A DNA stretch of 33,742 bases from Pseudobdellovibrionaceae bacterium (GCA_043782715.1 JAYWAE010000233.1:1-33742); one strand, 5' to 3'; shown: positions 1 to 7,986, numbered from the stretch's first letter. Notes: generated from the sequence alone by a model not told the origin. Translations and numbers: made by a program.

Positions 1-46
1 ACATCGCGGATCATGCTCTGCAATTTATCGACTGAATATTCTGCGA

Positions 47-430
47 TCATTCGAAGCTCCATTTTTTAAATCCATGTGTTTCGGCTATTTTCTGTTGGCT
101 CAATGGTATTTCATAAACATTCGCCATGCCCGTGATCGAGCCGCAAACCTGAATGTGCATCAGTCCGTCGCGCTTTTTGCTCTGGCTGAGAATCGTGATG
201 CCTTGAAGTTCCTTTGCCATGACATCCAAGCCGATGGCCTTACCCAACCCGCATTGTAAACCACCATCATATTTGTACACAAACACGCGCTGGTCTCCGG
301 AAGGTTTCGCATCCGTAGCGGCCGGCTGCTGCGCCGACATTTCTGGCGAATCTACTTTTCGCCGGCAATGGCCTTGCGCGCAGGAAGTTAGAAATACGGC
401 GGCTACGACCAGTAAGGTCTTTATTCCCAT
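47..430 (-). CDS. small lipoprotein, unknown function
   Basis: 127-aa ORF with a signal peptide ending in lipobox L-T-S-C. Its start overlaps the stop of the upstream bamB-like gene by 10 nt, so it is the last gene of the yfgM-bamB operon. No catalytic motif recognised. Confidence 0.6.
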   Translation of the reverse strand: MGIKTLLVVAAVFLTSCAQGHCRRKVDSPEMSAQQPAATDAKPSGDQRVFVYKYDGGLQCGLGKAIGLDVMAKELQGITILSQSKKRDGLMHIQVCGSITGMANVYEIPLSQQKIAETHGFKKWSFE

Positions 431-1566
431 GGCCAGTCTTTCGCAAACCGCTTCCAGTTCATGCGTAAGGCGAAGAGGTTGGCATCATGAGACATGAAAT
501 AAATCTCACCTTTTTTGGGATCGAGGGTGGCGCGCGACGTGACACCCCGCCCAGGCTCAAAGCTATTTAATTCTTCGCCTGTGCGCGAGTCGAGAAAACG
601 CAAGGCTCCCAGCATTTCGCCCACAATTACGACACCTTTCATCAAGACCGGGGCAGTGGCGATTCCGCGCGGATTGTCTTTGCTCCAAAGAATCTTGCCG
701 GAGCCCTTGTCCAACGCCATCGTTTTGCCGGTCGAGCTCGAGTAGTAGATGACGTTACCCGCGATCGCGACCTCGTCGTAGCCGCCCTCTTCGACCGTCC
801 AGTTGATGTGTCCATCGCTGGCGCCAAGTGAATAAAGCGAGCCGTCGTAGCTCGAAACAAAGATCGTGTTGCCGTCCACAACCGGCGTCGCATCGACGTC
901 ACGGAAGCGTTTCGCGCGATTCAAGTTGGTTTCCCAAACCACGGCACCGGAGGTTTTATTTAGCGCAACAGCCGCACCATCAGAAAAACCCAAGACCAAA
1001 AGATCACCGGCCAGAGCCGGTTGCGAACCACCCCGCACCGAGATGTTGCTCGCCTCACGGCGGTTGTACAACCAAACCAGCTTTCCGGTTTTGGCGTTGA
1101 CCGCGTGGGCCACATTGTTGCCGCCGAGCACGTATAGTATCCCTGACCGAATCAATGGCCGCGCCAAGCCCTCGGCTTTGAGCGGGTAAGTCCAGATCAC
1201 TTTTCCAGACTCCGGCTGCACGGCATAGAGCTGTCCGTCACCGGCACCGAAGTAGAGAACGTCATCCGCGATCTGCGCGCCGCCTTCGACTCCGTCTTTG
1301 ATATCCAGCCGCCAACGGAAGTGAGCCGTATCGCGGTCGTAGGCCACAATGCCGTCGATCGAGTTTCCGGTGATCACCAGCTTATCGGTCACGATCGGCG
1401 CGAAGCGATGCATGCGCCGTCCTTCGAGATATTCATTGTCGAGAGTGCTACGCACCCAGCGTTTTTCGATCACCAATTTATTCGGCGCCGAGCTCAGCGA
1501 AGAGCAGCCCAAGGTCATCGCGAAAGCGCCTACGAATAGAAATTTGTACCAGCGAAGCATTCTCAT
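421..1566 (-). CDS. bamB: outer-membrane protein assembly factor BamB-like (PQQ-type beta-propeller lipoprotein)
   Basis: 381 aa with an N-terminal signal and Cys (TLGCSS). Repeated propeller-blade motifs: DGQLYAVQPESGKVIW, AHAVNAKTGKLVW, AVALNKTSGAVVW, GSLYSLGASDGHINW, MALDKGSGKILW. Lies directly after a YfgM-like gene as in E. coli, with an ATGA start/stop overlap at 1563-1566. Confidence 0.8.
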   Translation of the reverse strand: MRMLRWYKFLFVGAFAMTLGCSSLSSAPNKLVIEKRWVRSTLDNEYLEGRRMHRFAPIVTDKLVITGNSIDGIVAYDRDTAHFRWRLDIKDGVEGGAQIADDVLYFGAGDGQLYAVQPESGKVIWTYPLKAEGLARPLIRSGILYVLGGNNVAHAVNAKTGKLVWLYNRREASNISVRGGSQPALAGDLLVLGFSDGAAVALNKTSGAVVWETNLNRAKRFRDVDATPVVDGNTIFVSSYDGSLYSLGASDGHINWTVEEGGYDEVAIAGNVIYYSSSTGKTMALDKGSGKILWSKDNPRGIATAPVLMKGVVIVGEMLGALRFLDSRTGEELNSFEPGRGVTSRATLDPKKGEIYFMSHDANLFALRMNWKRFAKDWPWE

Positions 1567-2342
1567 CCCTGTTTCGGAGTTTTCATTTGCATGAGCCGCA
1601 GGAACTGCAAAGCATTCTGCGCCGCCTCAGTCTCGGGGAACTCGCGCCCCAAACGCTCATAGGTTTCGCGGGCTTTGGCGGTGTCGCCCTTCAACTCGCT
1701 ACAAACGCCCAGTTTGAGCAGAGCCTCAGGATGAAACGCCTTGAGTGCGTCCGACTTCAACACGTGATCATAGGCCTCGATTGCCGGACCCGTCTGGCCG
1801 TTTTCCAGGTTCACCAAACCACTTTGCATGAACCAAAAACCGGCAAGCAGATCCGCCGACGGAGGGTTGAATTTGGCAAGCTGCAAGGCCTCTAGCGCCG
1901 CGGAATATTGCTTTTGCTGGAGCAAAAAGGACGAAAGGGTCAATGCCGAGACCATGGCCGCACGAGTTGAGTCGTTGTCCTTGATCGCCGCTTTGATTTT
2001 CTCGACCGTGGGAGCGTAATCACGTGCGTAATCTTCCACCTTGGCCGGTTCGCTCTTCTTTTCTTTGTCACCGGGTTTTAAGGCTTTGGCTTTTTCCTCA
2101 CGAAATCCGGTCTCAGTTTTGCGCAGGGCGGCTTCGGGCACGTACAACGCTTCAGCGGCCTTCAACTCCTTGCGCGTCTGCAAGTAGCCCATCCCCACGT
2201 ATGCGCCGCCCGCAACGAGTGCCGCTACGACCACAGTTAAAAAGGTTTTGAAATGCTGCTCGACGAAATTAAAAATTTTGTCCGACGTCGAGAGAAACAT
2301 GTCGGGGGTCTTGAGTGCGTCTTTGTCGATCTTAGAACTCAC
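1563..2342 (-). CDS. YfgM-like membrane-anchored TPR-like protein
   Basis: 259 aa with one N-terminal TM helix (FLTVVVAALVAGGAYVGMGYL) followed by an Ala/Leu-rich helical-repeat domain. Its position immediately upstream of bamB matches the yfgM-bamB arrangement. Confidence 0.55.
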   Translation of the reverse strand: MSSKIDKDALKTPDMFLSTSDKIFNFVEQHFKTFLTVVVAALVAGGAYVGMGYLQTRKELKAAEALYVPEAALRKTETGFREEKAKALKPGDKEKKSEPAKVEDYARDYAPTVEKIKAAIKDNDSTRAAMVSALTLSSFLLQQKQYSAALEALQLAKFNPPSADLLAGFWFMQSGLVNLENGQTGPAIEAYDHVLKSDALKAFHPEALLKLGVCSELKGDTAKARETYERLGREFPETEAAQNALQFLRLMQMKTPKQG

Positions 2343-2352
2343 GTTGAAGCTC

Positions 2353-3474
2353 CTATTTCTGCCGGTTGGTCATTTCTTTGAGGGTCGAAAACGGGCGGGC
2401 CATACGGCCGTGATGATGCTGGCGCAAATTGGCGATGGATTTGATGCGCTTCTCAGCCAGCTTGTCGGCGGCACGATGCGTGGCCACGCCTTCGGCTTTG
2501 GCGATACGGAAGACTTGCATCAAATTGTCGTACACTTGGGTGGTTTTCTCGAAAGCGCGCTCACGTGAATAGCCCTCGAGCTCGACGAAAACATTCATCA
2601 AGCCGCCGGCATTGATGACATAGTCGGGAGCGTACAAAATTCCGGCTTCGCGCAAATTGTCGCCGTGGCGATGTTCGGCGAGCTGGTTGTTGGCGCCACC
2701 GGCCACGATCTTACATTTGAGTTTCGGCAGAGTCTGGTCGTTGATCACAGCCCCCAGTGCACACGGCGCAAGCACATCGCACTCGGACGTCACGATCGCC
2801 TCTGGATCGAGCGCGGTCAAATTGAACTTAGAGGCTATGCGCTGCACTTTGTCTTTGTCGATATCGGCGACGGTCACAACCGCGCCTTCCTTCACAAGGT
2901 ATTCCACCAGGTGAAAGCCGACATTGCCGAGACCTTGCACGGCGACGCGCACTCCTTTGAGAGAATCGGCACTCAACTTTTCTTTGGCTGACGCCTTTAT
3001 GCCCATCAAAACGCCGTGCGCAGTAAAGGGCGATGGATCGCCCGAGCCGCCGAACGAAACCGGGATTCCGGTGACATAGGGAGTCTCCATGAACACATAC
3101 GCCATATCGTGGACCGTAGTACCCACGTCTTCAGCCGTGATGTACTTGCCGTTGAGTGAGTTTACATAGGCACCGAAGGTGCGAAACATCGCCTCAGTCT
3201 TATCCTTTTTGGGATCCCCAATAATCACGGCCTTACCGCCGCCCAGGTTCAAACCCGCAGCCGAAGCTTTGTAGGTCATGCCCTTACTCAACCTGAGAAC
3301 ATCGACCAACGCATCGTCCTCGGTTTTGTAAGGCCACATACGGGTGCCGCCCAAGGCCGGGCCGAGAGTCGTGTTGTGAACGGCGATGATCGCTTTAAGA
3401 CCGCAGTCTTTGTCGTAGCAATAAACGACTTCTTCGTGATCACCATGTTTTTCGATGTGTTCAAAGGTCAGCAT
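2353..3474 (-). CDS. Glu/Leu/Phe/Val dehydrogenase family enzyme, most likely leucine dehydrogenase
   Basis: 373 aa. The N-terminus (AIIAVHNTTLGPALGGTRMWPY, LSKGMTYKASAAGLNLGGGKAVIIGDP with the catalytic Lys) and the Rossmann motif VAVQGLGNVG closely match bacterial Leu/Phe/Val dehydrogenases. Confidence 0.85.
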   Translation of the reverse strand: MLTFEHIEKHGDHEEVVYCYDKDCGLKAIIAVHNTTLGPALGGTRMWPYKTEDDALVDVLRLSKGMTYKASAAGLNLGGGKAVIIGDPKKDKTEAMFRTFGAYVNSLNGKYITAEDVGTTVHDMAYVFMETPYVTGIPVSFGGSGDPSPFTAHGVLMGIKASAKEKLSADSLKGVRVAVQGLGNVGFHLVEYLVKEGAVVTVADIDKDKVQRIASKFNLTALDPEAIVTSECDVLAPCALGAVINDQTLPKLKCKIVAGGANNQLAEHRHGDNLREAGILYAPDYVINAGGLMNVFVELEGYSRERAFEKTTQVYDNLMQVFRIAKAEGVATHRAADKLAEKRIKSIANLRQHHHGRMARPFSTLKEMTNRQK

Positions 3475-3799
3475 GGAAGGCCTCCACTAGAGGGTGCTCT
3501 GGGTGCGGTTCTAGGTGTTGAAAATCTTGAGAAGAATAGAGGCTAAACTCACGCCAGCCAAGCAAAATCCAGCTTTCGCGGGTCTCCCGGGCCGACGCAC
3601 GCCGGGGCACCTTGGCAAGGACACGAGTGAATGAAAATTCACTTGGCTTTTTGCGGATTCCTGGAACGGCAATTTGCGTCACCGGCCGTTCTAGAGCCGC
3701 CTCAATTGCACTCACCCGGGGTTGGCGGGATGCAGAAGTTGCATCTCGTACAATTTGGATTTAGAAGGAACGCCAGCCCTAAAATGTATGGAGTAGGTC

Positions 3800-4504
3800 A
3801 TGTCACGTACGGCAGAGCTCGCCAGTAAGCAGAGTTTAATTGAAGGACTGATCGCGCTGGAAGCGCGCATTGCGGGCAAGGCTGCGGCCTGCAAAGTACA
3901 CTTTCGCCGCTCGCCTGCGGATCTGCCTAGACGGCTCGCCCTCCTCGAAGGGGCGGCGCTGGATCATCTTTTGGTCAACCTAGGTGACTTCGAACGTTCA
4001 ATTGACCTCGCGGCTAGCGCAGGCGTCGACTTGTGGGACGACGTCGAATTTTTTCGCCTGAGCATGAGTGCCCTCGGTTTGTCTTTCCCAAGCGACTTCA
4101 TTGGCAAGCTCGGGCCCGAAGACGTCATTGAAGCCTATGATCTTCAGCGCCGGCAAATCTTTCGCAATATGCGCTTTATGGAGATGTCCAGCTACTCCCT
4201 CCTGGAAATGCTTTCTTCAGATTGGACCCAGCTGTTCGAACGCTCTGGTCAGATCACGGAACTGCTCATTCAATGGAGCGAGAAAATCCTATGGACGGAA
4301 AATAAAACACTCGAATTGGACATTCCCAAGCACGTCATTCGCGAACTACGCTCGTGCGAACCCCAAGCCTGCGAAGTCCGGCAAAAGTATTTTGCGCCTT
4401 TGTTTTCGGGCCCGAACAAGCCCGGTGGCGCACTCTCGGTTTGTGAGGCTAGAGTACTCGCGGCGAAATTGGACATCGCGCGCGACAACGTGACCTTCGT
4501 TTAG
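3800..4504 (+). CDS. hypothetical cytoplasmic protein
   Basis: 234-aa ORF with no signal peptide or TM helix and no motif I recognise. It is the longest ORF in this interval. Its stop codon interlocks with the stop of the convergent desaturase (TTAG at 4501-4504). Confidence 0.5.
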   Translation: MSRTAELASKQSLIEGLIALEARIAGKAAACKVHFRRSPADLPRRLALLEGAALDHLLVNLGDFERSIDLAASAGVDLWDDVEFFRLSMSALGLSFPSDFIGKLGPEDVIEAYDLQRRQIFRNMRFMEMSSYSLLEMLSSDWTQLFERSGQITELLIQWSEKILWTENKTLELDIPKHVIRELRSCEPQACEVRQKYFAPLFSGPNKPGGALSVCEARVLAAKLDIARDNVTFV

Positions 4505-5439
4505 GCGGCTTTCGGGTCCTCTTCGGCGGCAGAAGTGGCAAATGTCTTCTGCATGACCTGCGTGAGCGCAAGCCGGCGGTTTTTCACGATCCATTCGTTC
4601 CCGCTTCCCATATTCAGTTGCAGCCCCTCGGCCACCACCTCCGCGTGCAGCGCATCCAGCTGATACCACGGATGCGACGGAAACAGGTGATGCGCCGTAT
4701 GCAGATTGAAGTTCAGCAGGACATGATGCGCAAACCAGCGCGGGTACACGCAACTGCGAGTGAACCTGTTCTGTTCGCTCACGTGAAAGCGCCTATCCCC
4801 GCGAAACTGCCGCATACCCAAGTGATGCGGCAAATTGACCGCCTCGACTACAAATAGATAGCTGACCAGTCCCGCCAGCAACGTCCATGGCCCAAGAATC
4901 CAGGCCACAAATAATAGGTACATCACGGATACCGGGACGAACGCATATTCGCGCTTGCCGACCGTTGCGCGCCAAAACACCACATGTTGCATGAACCCAA
5001 GCAGAGGCAACCATAGGCGCCAGCTCCAGGCCATGAGCGGGGGGAGTTGAAAGCGCGCTTGCTCGAAACGCAGTAAGATTTTGGTGGTTGGATCGCGATC
5101 CACATTGCCTGTCCAGCGGTGGTGCTCGATATGCATGTCACGCCAGCCGGCAAAAGGCAGAAAGCAGAAGAGGCCAAAGACAGTTCCCAATCCGGTGTTG
5201 ACCGTGGCACGGCGCGCGCCTGAAGAATGCACGCATTCATGCATCATGGCGAACGAACGGAAGCTGAAAACCGCAAAAAGAAAACCGGCACAAGCCCCGC
5301 CCGCGGGTCCGCCCATTGACGAGCCCGCGATCATGGCGGCCCATAAAACGCAGTCCACGGCCAAATGGCGCAGCAACCAATTCCTATTTAGCAAGCGCGG
5401 GTGGCGTCTCAATATCGATCTAAATATATCTTGTTGCAT
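4501..5439 (-). CDS. membrane fatty-acid desaturase family protein
   Basis: 312 aa and multi-TM. Carries the three canonical His boxes HECVH (H-x3-H), HIEHH (H-x2-HH) and HTAHH (H-x2-HH). No fused cytochrome b5 domain. Confidence 0.8.
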   Translation of the reverse strand: MQQDIFRSILRRHPRLLNRNWLLRHLAVDCVLWAAMIAGSSMGGPAGGACAGFLFAVFSFRSFAMMHECVHSSGARRATVNTGLGTVFGLFCFLPFAGWRDMHIEHHRWTGNVDRDPTTKILLRFEQARFQLPPLMAWSWRLWLPLLGFMQHVVFWRATVGKREYAFVPVSVMYLLFVAWILGPWTLLAGLVSYLFVVEAVNLPHHLGMRQFRGDRRFHVSEQNRFTRSCVYPRWFAHHVLLNFNLHTAHHLFPSHPWYQLDALHAEVVAEGLQLNMGSGNEWIVKNRRLALTQVMQKTFATSAAEEDPKAA

Positions 5440-5533
5440 TGGCTTCTTATCGGATTCAAGTGGCTGAGAGTTTTGCCGAAAAGAAATTAAATAACTCCTG
5501 ATTATAAATCAATAGTAATTAGGACGGGTGCCC

Positions 5534-6187
5534 ATGATCTCAATTCGAGTCTTCGACCGCAACTCCGCCACCGACATGCATTGCGCCGAGTATTTGGCGG
5601 CTTACCGCATGTGGCACGACGTTTGGCGCGAGACTTATGAACAGCTTGGCTTTGGTAGCATTCTGTACTCGGACGGTTTTACCCGCCAGGAGCAGGTCCT
5701 TGGCATCTTTATCGACGGAAAATGTGCCGGCCTAAGTTGCTACCGTACGGTCGATCTTGCGAGCGAGCCGGGCCGCAGCGACTCTTGGTTGGCCGATTGG
5801 CCTAGTGATCTCATGGACGAACTCAGTGCCCAAGATCCCCTGCTGCTCATCGGCAGCGCCTTCGCCATTGCCAAAGAGTTTCGCCGCCAAGAGCATCTGG
5901 GATTTACGTTTAAAGACCTGCTCGCCGCCGCCAATGTCCGCTATTTCGAGCGGCACACTGGCCACTATGGAATGCTGGGGAGCATGCGTAACTCGCGCGG
6001 AACGAACACGGCCGTCTATAAATATGGAGTGACAAAATTACGGACGATCGCAATTAACAAAGAGCCAACGGACTTGGTGATATTCTTGCGCGATAAACTG
6101 AAGCCCCTCCCAGACGAGATCGACTTTATGTTTCGCCGCGCCTGGATTCCAGGGACAAAAGCCGAGCCGCTGCGCCGGGCGGGTTAG
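5534..6187 (+). CDS. GNAT-fold acyltransferase-like protein (possible N-acyl amino acid / autoinducer-synthase-like enzyme)
   Basis: 217 aa from ATG 5534, which has AGGA 9 nt upstream; the ORF track starts at GTG 5528. Motif pattern AAYRMWHDVWRETYEQLGF ... QVLGIFIDGKCAGLSCYR ... GSAFAIAKEFRR resembles the Acetyltransf_5/NAS/LuxI-like GNAT layout. The functional call is pattern-level only. Confidence 0.45.
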   Translation: MISIRVFDRNSATDMHCAEYLAAYRMWHDVWRETYEQLGFGSILYSDGFTRQEQVLGIFIDGKCAGLSCYRTVDLASEPGRSDSWLADWPSDLMDELSAQDPLLLIGSAFAIAKEFRRQEHLGFTFKDLLAAANVRYFERHTGHYGMLGSMRNSRGTNTAVYKYGVTKLRTIAINKEPTDLVIFLRDKLKPLPDEIDFMFRRAWIPGTKAEPLRRAG

Positions 6188-6660
6188 CGGAAGAACGTAA
6201 AATAGACGAAAACCAGGGCAAAACAGCCAAGCACCATAGTCAGCGTTCCAGAAACGCCTTTTTGCGTCCTTAGTTCCGCGGCCAAATCCTCGATTTTTCC
6301 ATTGGCGAACTCCAGATCACTGCGCCACTGCTTTTGCAGGCTTCCGATCAGGCTTCGGCCAGGGTCTTTTTCAGCCAGACTGATGTACCACTCGAGAGCC
6401 CGGTAGATATGGGGCGGAACCTTCGATTCATCCCGCCCCCAGCGTGTCCAAGCCGAAGGATCGACCAGTAAAAGCTGGCAAATCTTGCGCTGTGAAAGCC
6501 CCAGTCTTAAGCGCACGTCCTCCAGACTCCCGAACGTGGATCGGAACAAACGGATCTCCGCTTCGTACCTCATCCGTTGAGAGGATTTTGTGCGCCCAAG
6601 GGTTGGCTTCAAGACCGGAAGCAGCGGTTGAGGCTCTGTATGCGGGACGTCAAGATCCAT
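6184..6660 (-). CDS. membrane-tethered helix-turn-helix (XRE-like) regulator
   Basis: 158 aa. HTH-like segment LGLSQRKICQLLLVDPSAWTRWGRDESKVPPHIYRALEWY and a C-terminal TM helix (LTMVLGCFALVFVYFTFF). AGGGAG RBS 5 nt before the ATG. A double palindrome lies 36-78 nt upstream. Confidence 0.6.
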   Translation of the reverse strand: MDLDVPHTEPQPLLPVLKPTLGRTKSSQRMRYEAEIRLFRSTFGSLEDVRLRLGLSQRKICQLLLVDPSAWTRWGRDESKVPPHIYRALEWYISLAEKDPGRSLIGSLQKQWRSDLEFANGKIEDLAAELRTQKGVSGTLTMVLGCFALVFVYFTFFR

Positions 6661-6695
6661 GATGTCTCCCTTGCTGATGTTTTATTACACAATTG

Positions 6696-6738
6696 AATGT
6701 TGTGATTCACAACAAAATTAGTTGTGAATCACAACATT
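6696..6738. promoter_or_regulatory. perfect 18-bp inverted repeat with 7-bp spacer; each arm holds a 15-bp palindrome (tandem operator or recombinase core site)
   Basis: AATGTTGTGATTCACAAC (6696-6713) / AAAATTA / GTTGTGAATCACAACATT (6721-6738). Each arm contains the palindrome GTTGTGAWTCACAAC. The centres at 6706 and 6728 are 22 bp apart. The repeat overlaps a TTGTGA -35-like hexamer of the HTH gene promoter region. Confidence 0.6.
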
Positions 6739-6987
6739 ACTTCAATAGTTTTAGTTTACCAAATTATGTATCTCTGGCTCTCAAACGCCGACTAAACAGT
6801 GGCCTACCCTCTTTCAAATTCAACTTCGCCTTATAACTATAAGTCACATATCTAAGTTATTGACTTTACTTGAGTAACTTCCGGATAATAAGCGTAGATC
6901 GAGGCTTATTCGCACGGATCCGGGAATGATTCTGCGCGCATAAACTTATTTTATATACTTAAAAACCACACGCGAGATTGCTGCGAC

Positions 6988-7527
6988 ATGTCCAAGAAGT
7001 CGACCAAAGTCAGATACGCTCTGAACAAGAATAAATATCTGCTCGAACCGGAAATCGATCGACTCGAAGCGATTTTGGAAACGTTCAAAGATAAAGACGC
7101 ACGCAATTGCACACTGCTCTGGCTGCTTTTACACACCGGTGGCCGGGCCCAAGAAATTTTGAATCTGCGTTTTGAAGATGTGAACGCGTTCGACCGCTCC
7201 GTTTTTATCCGCGGACTTAAAGGCAGCAGCGATCGCGAGCTCCCGCTGCCCGACTGGCTATTTGACCGGCTGGAAAAATTCTCCGGTGCCGCCCATGAAC
7301 CGCTCTTCGACATCACCTACAACCGGCTCCGCCAAATCTGGGAACTGTACCGCCCGGTACATAAAAAACTGCACGCCCTCCGGCACACCTTTGCTATTCG
7401 CCTGTACAAAAAGACAAAAGACCTGCGTCTTGTACAGGTCGCACTCGGCCACCGCAACATCACCAACACCATGGTCTACGCCGAATATGCGTACACGCAG
7501 CAGGAGTTACGAAAGTTGATTCTCTGA
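6988..7527 (+). CDS. compact tyrosine site-specific recombinase (catalytic domain only, FimB/FimE size class)
   Basis: 179 aa. Catalytic signature present: Arg in HTGGRAQEI, H-x-x-R in HALRHTF, and His plus nucleophile Tyr in LGHRNITNTMVYAEY. No long N-terminal core-binding or arm-binding domain. Confidence 0.8.
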   Translation: MSKKSTKVRYALNKNKYLLEPEIDRLEAILETFKDKDARNCTLLWLLLHTGGRAQEILNLRFEDVNAFDRSVFIRGLKGSSDRELPLPDWLFDRLEKFSGAAHEPLFDITYNRLRQIWELYRPVHKKLHALRHTFAIRLYKKTKDLRLVQVALGHRNITNTMVYAEYAYTQQELRKLIL

Positions 7528-7528
7528 G

Positions 7529-7568
7529 AAAAAGCAAAAAAAAGCCGGCGGGTGGGGTCCGGCCGGCT
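7529..7568 (-). terminator. Rho-independent terminator of the 7645..7986 gene
   Basis: On the minus strand, a GC-rich stem GCCGGCCGG/CCCGCCGGC (7544-7567) is followed by T8-GC-T5, seen as A-runs at 7529-7543 on the plus strand. Confidence 0.7.
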
Positions 7569-7644
7569 CGAGTGGGGCACATCCATAGGGGGTATGGGGG
7601 GTCTATGGAATCTTTTAAAACTTTCAAAAACCGCTCAGCACAGT

Positions 7645-7986
7645 TTATCTGATAGCCGTCTTCGGGCTGAACTCCGTCGCGATATGCGGCTCACCGAAAC
7701 TGTTGAAGCGGCGATCCACGAGCGGACGTTCTTTATTCAAATTCACTTCTACATCGATCAAATCCACGACTTTTTGTTTGTCCGAGGCCAACGGGCTGCT
7801 CTGCCCTTGTTTGTCGACCTTGTTGGTGACGCCTTTCTCGAGTTCATTCTGCTTGCCCGAGTTGTCCTCGATCATCTTATTGAAATCGATGCGCAGATTC
7901 TCTTTTTTGGGAGTGGTCTCCGCAAAAGCGGACGGCAACATCAGGCTTGCCACCACGAGTCCCATCAACTTAGTTTGCGTTTTCAT
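7645..7986 (-). CDS. small secreted protein, unknown function
   Basis: 113 aa from ATG 7986, with AAGGAG 9 nt upstream. Signal peptide MKTQTKLMGLVVASLMLPSAFA. The mature part is charged and Lys/Asp/Glu-rich. A strong terminator follows. The ORF track extends it 7 codons further, to 8007. Confidence 0.6.
   Translation of the reverse strand: MKTQTKLMGLVVASLMLPSAFAETTPKKENLRIDFNKMIEDNSGKQNELEKGVTNKVDKQGQSSPLASDKQKVVDLIDVEVNLNKERPLVDRRFNSFGEPHIATEFSPKTAIR

Noticed and set aside
1-46. Possible start of another minus-strand gene at the left edge (ATG at 12-14 reading leftward)
   Set aside because: Only 4-5 codons are visible, there is no clear RBS, and the gene cannot be identified.
6661-6987. 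fimS-like invertible promoter flanked by inverted repeats upstream of the compact recombinase
   Set aside because: I looked for well-separated inverted repeats of 9 bp or more flanking a 100-350 bp segment. I found only short local hairpins (for example AATAAGC/GCTTATT at 6887-6910, and ATAACT/AGTTAT around 6834-6860) and the closely spaced 18-7-18 repeat. The invertase idea is kept only as a hypothesis for the recombinase finding.
7550-7601. Run of G-tracts (GGGG, GGGG, GGGGG, GGGGGG) as a possible G-quadruplex
   Set aside because: The loops between tracts are long (10-16 nt), and part of the region is already explained by the terminator stem. There is no independent support.
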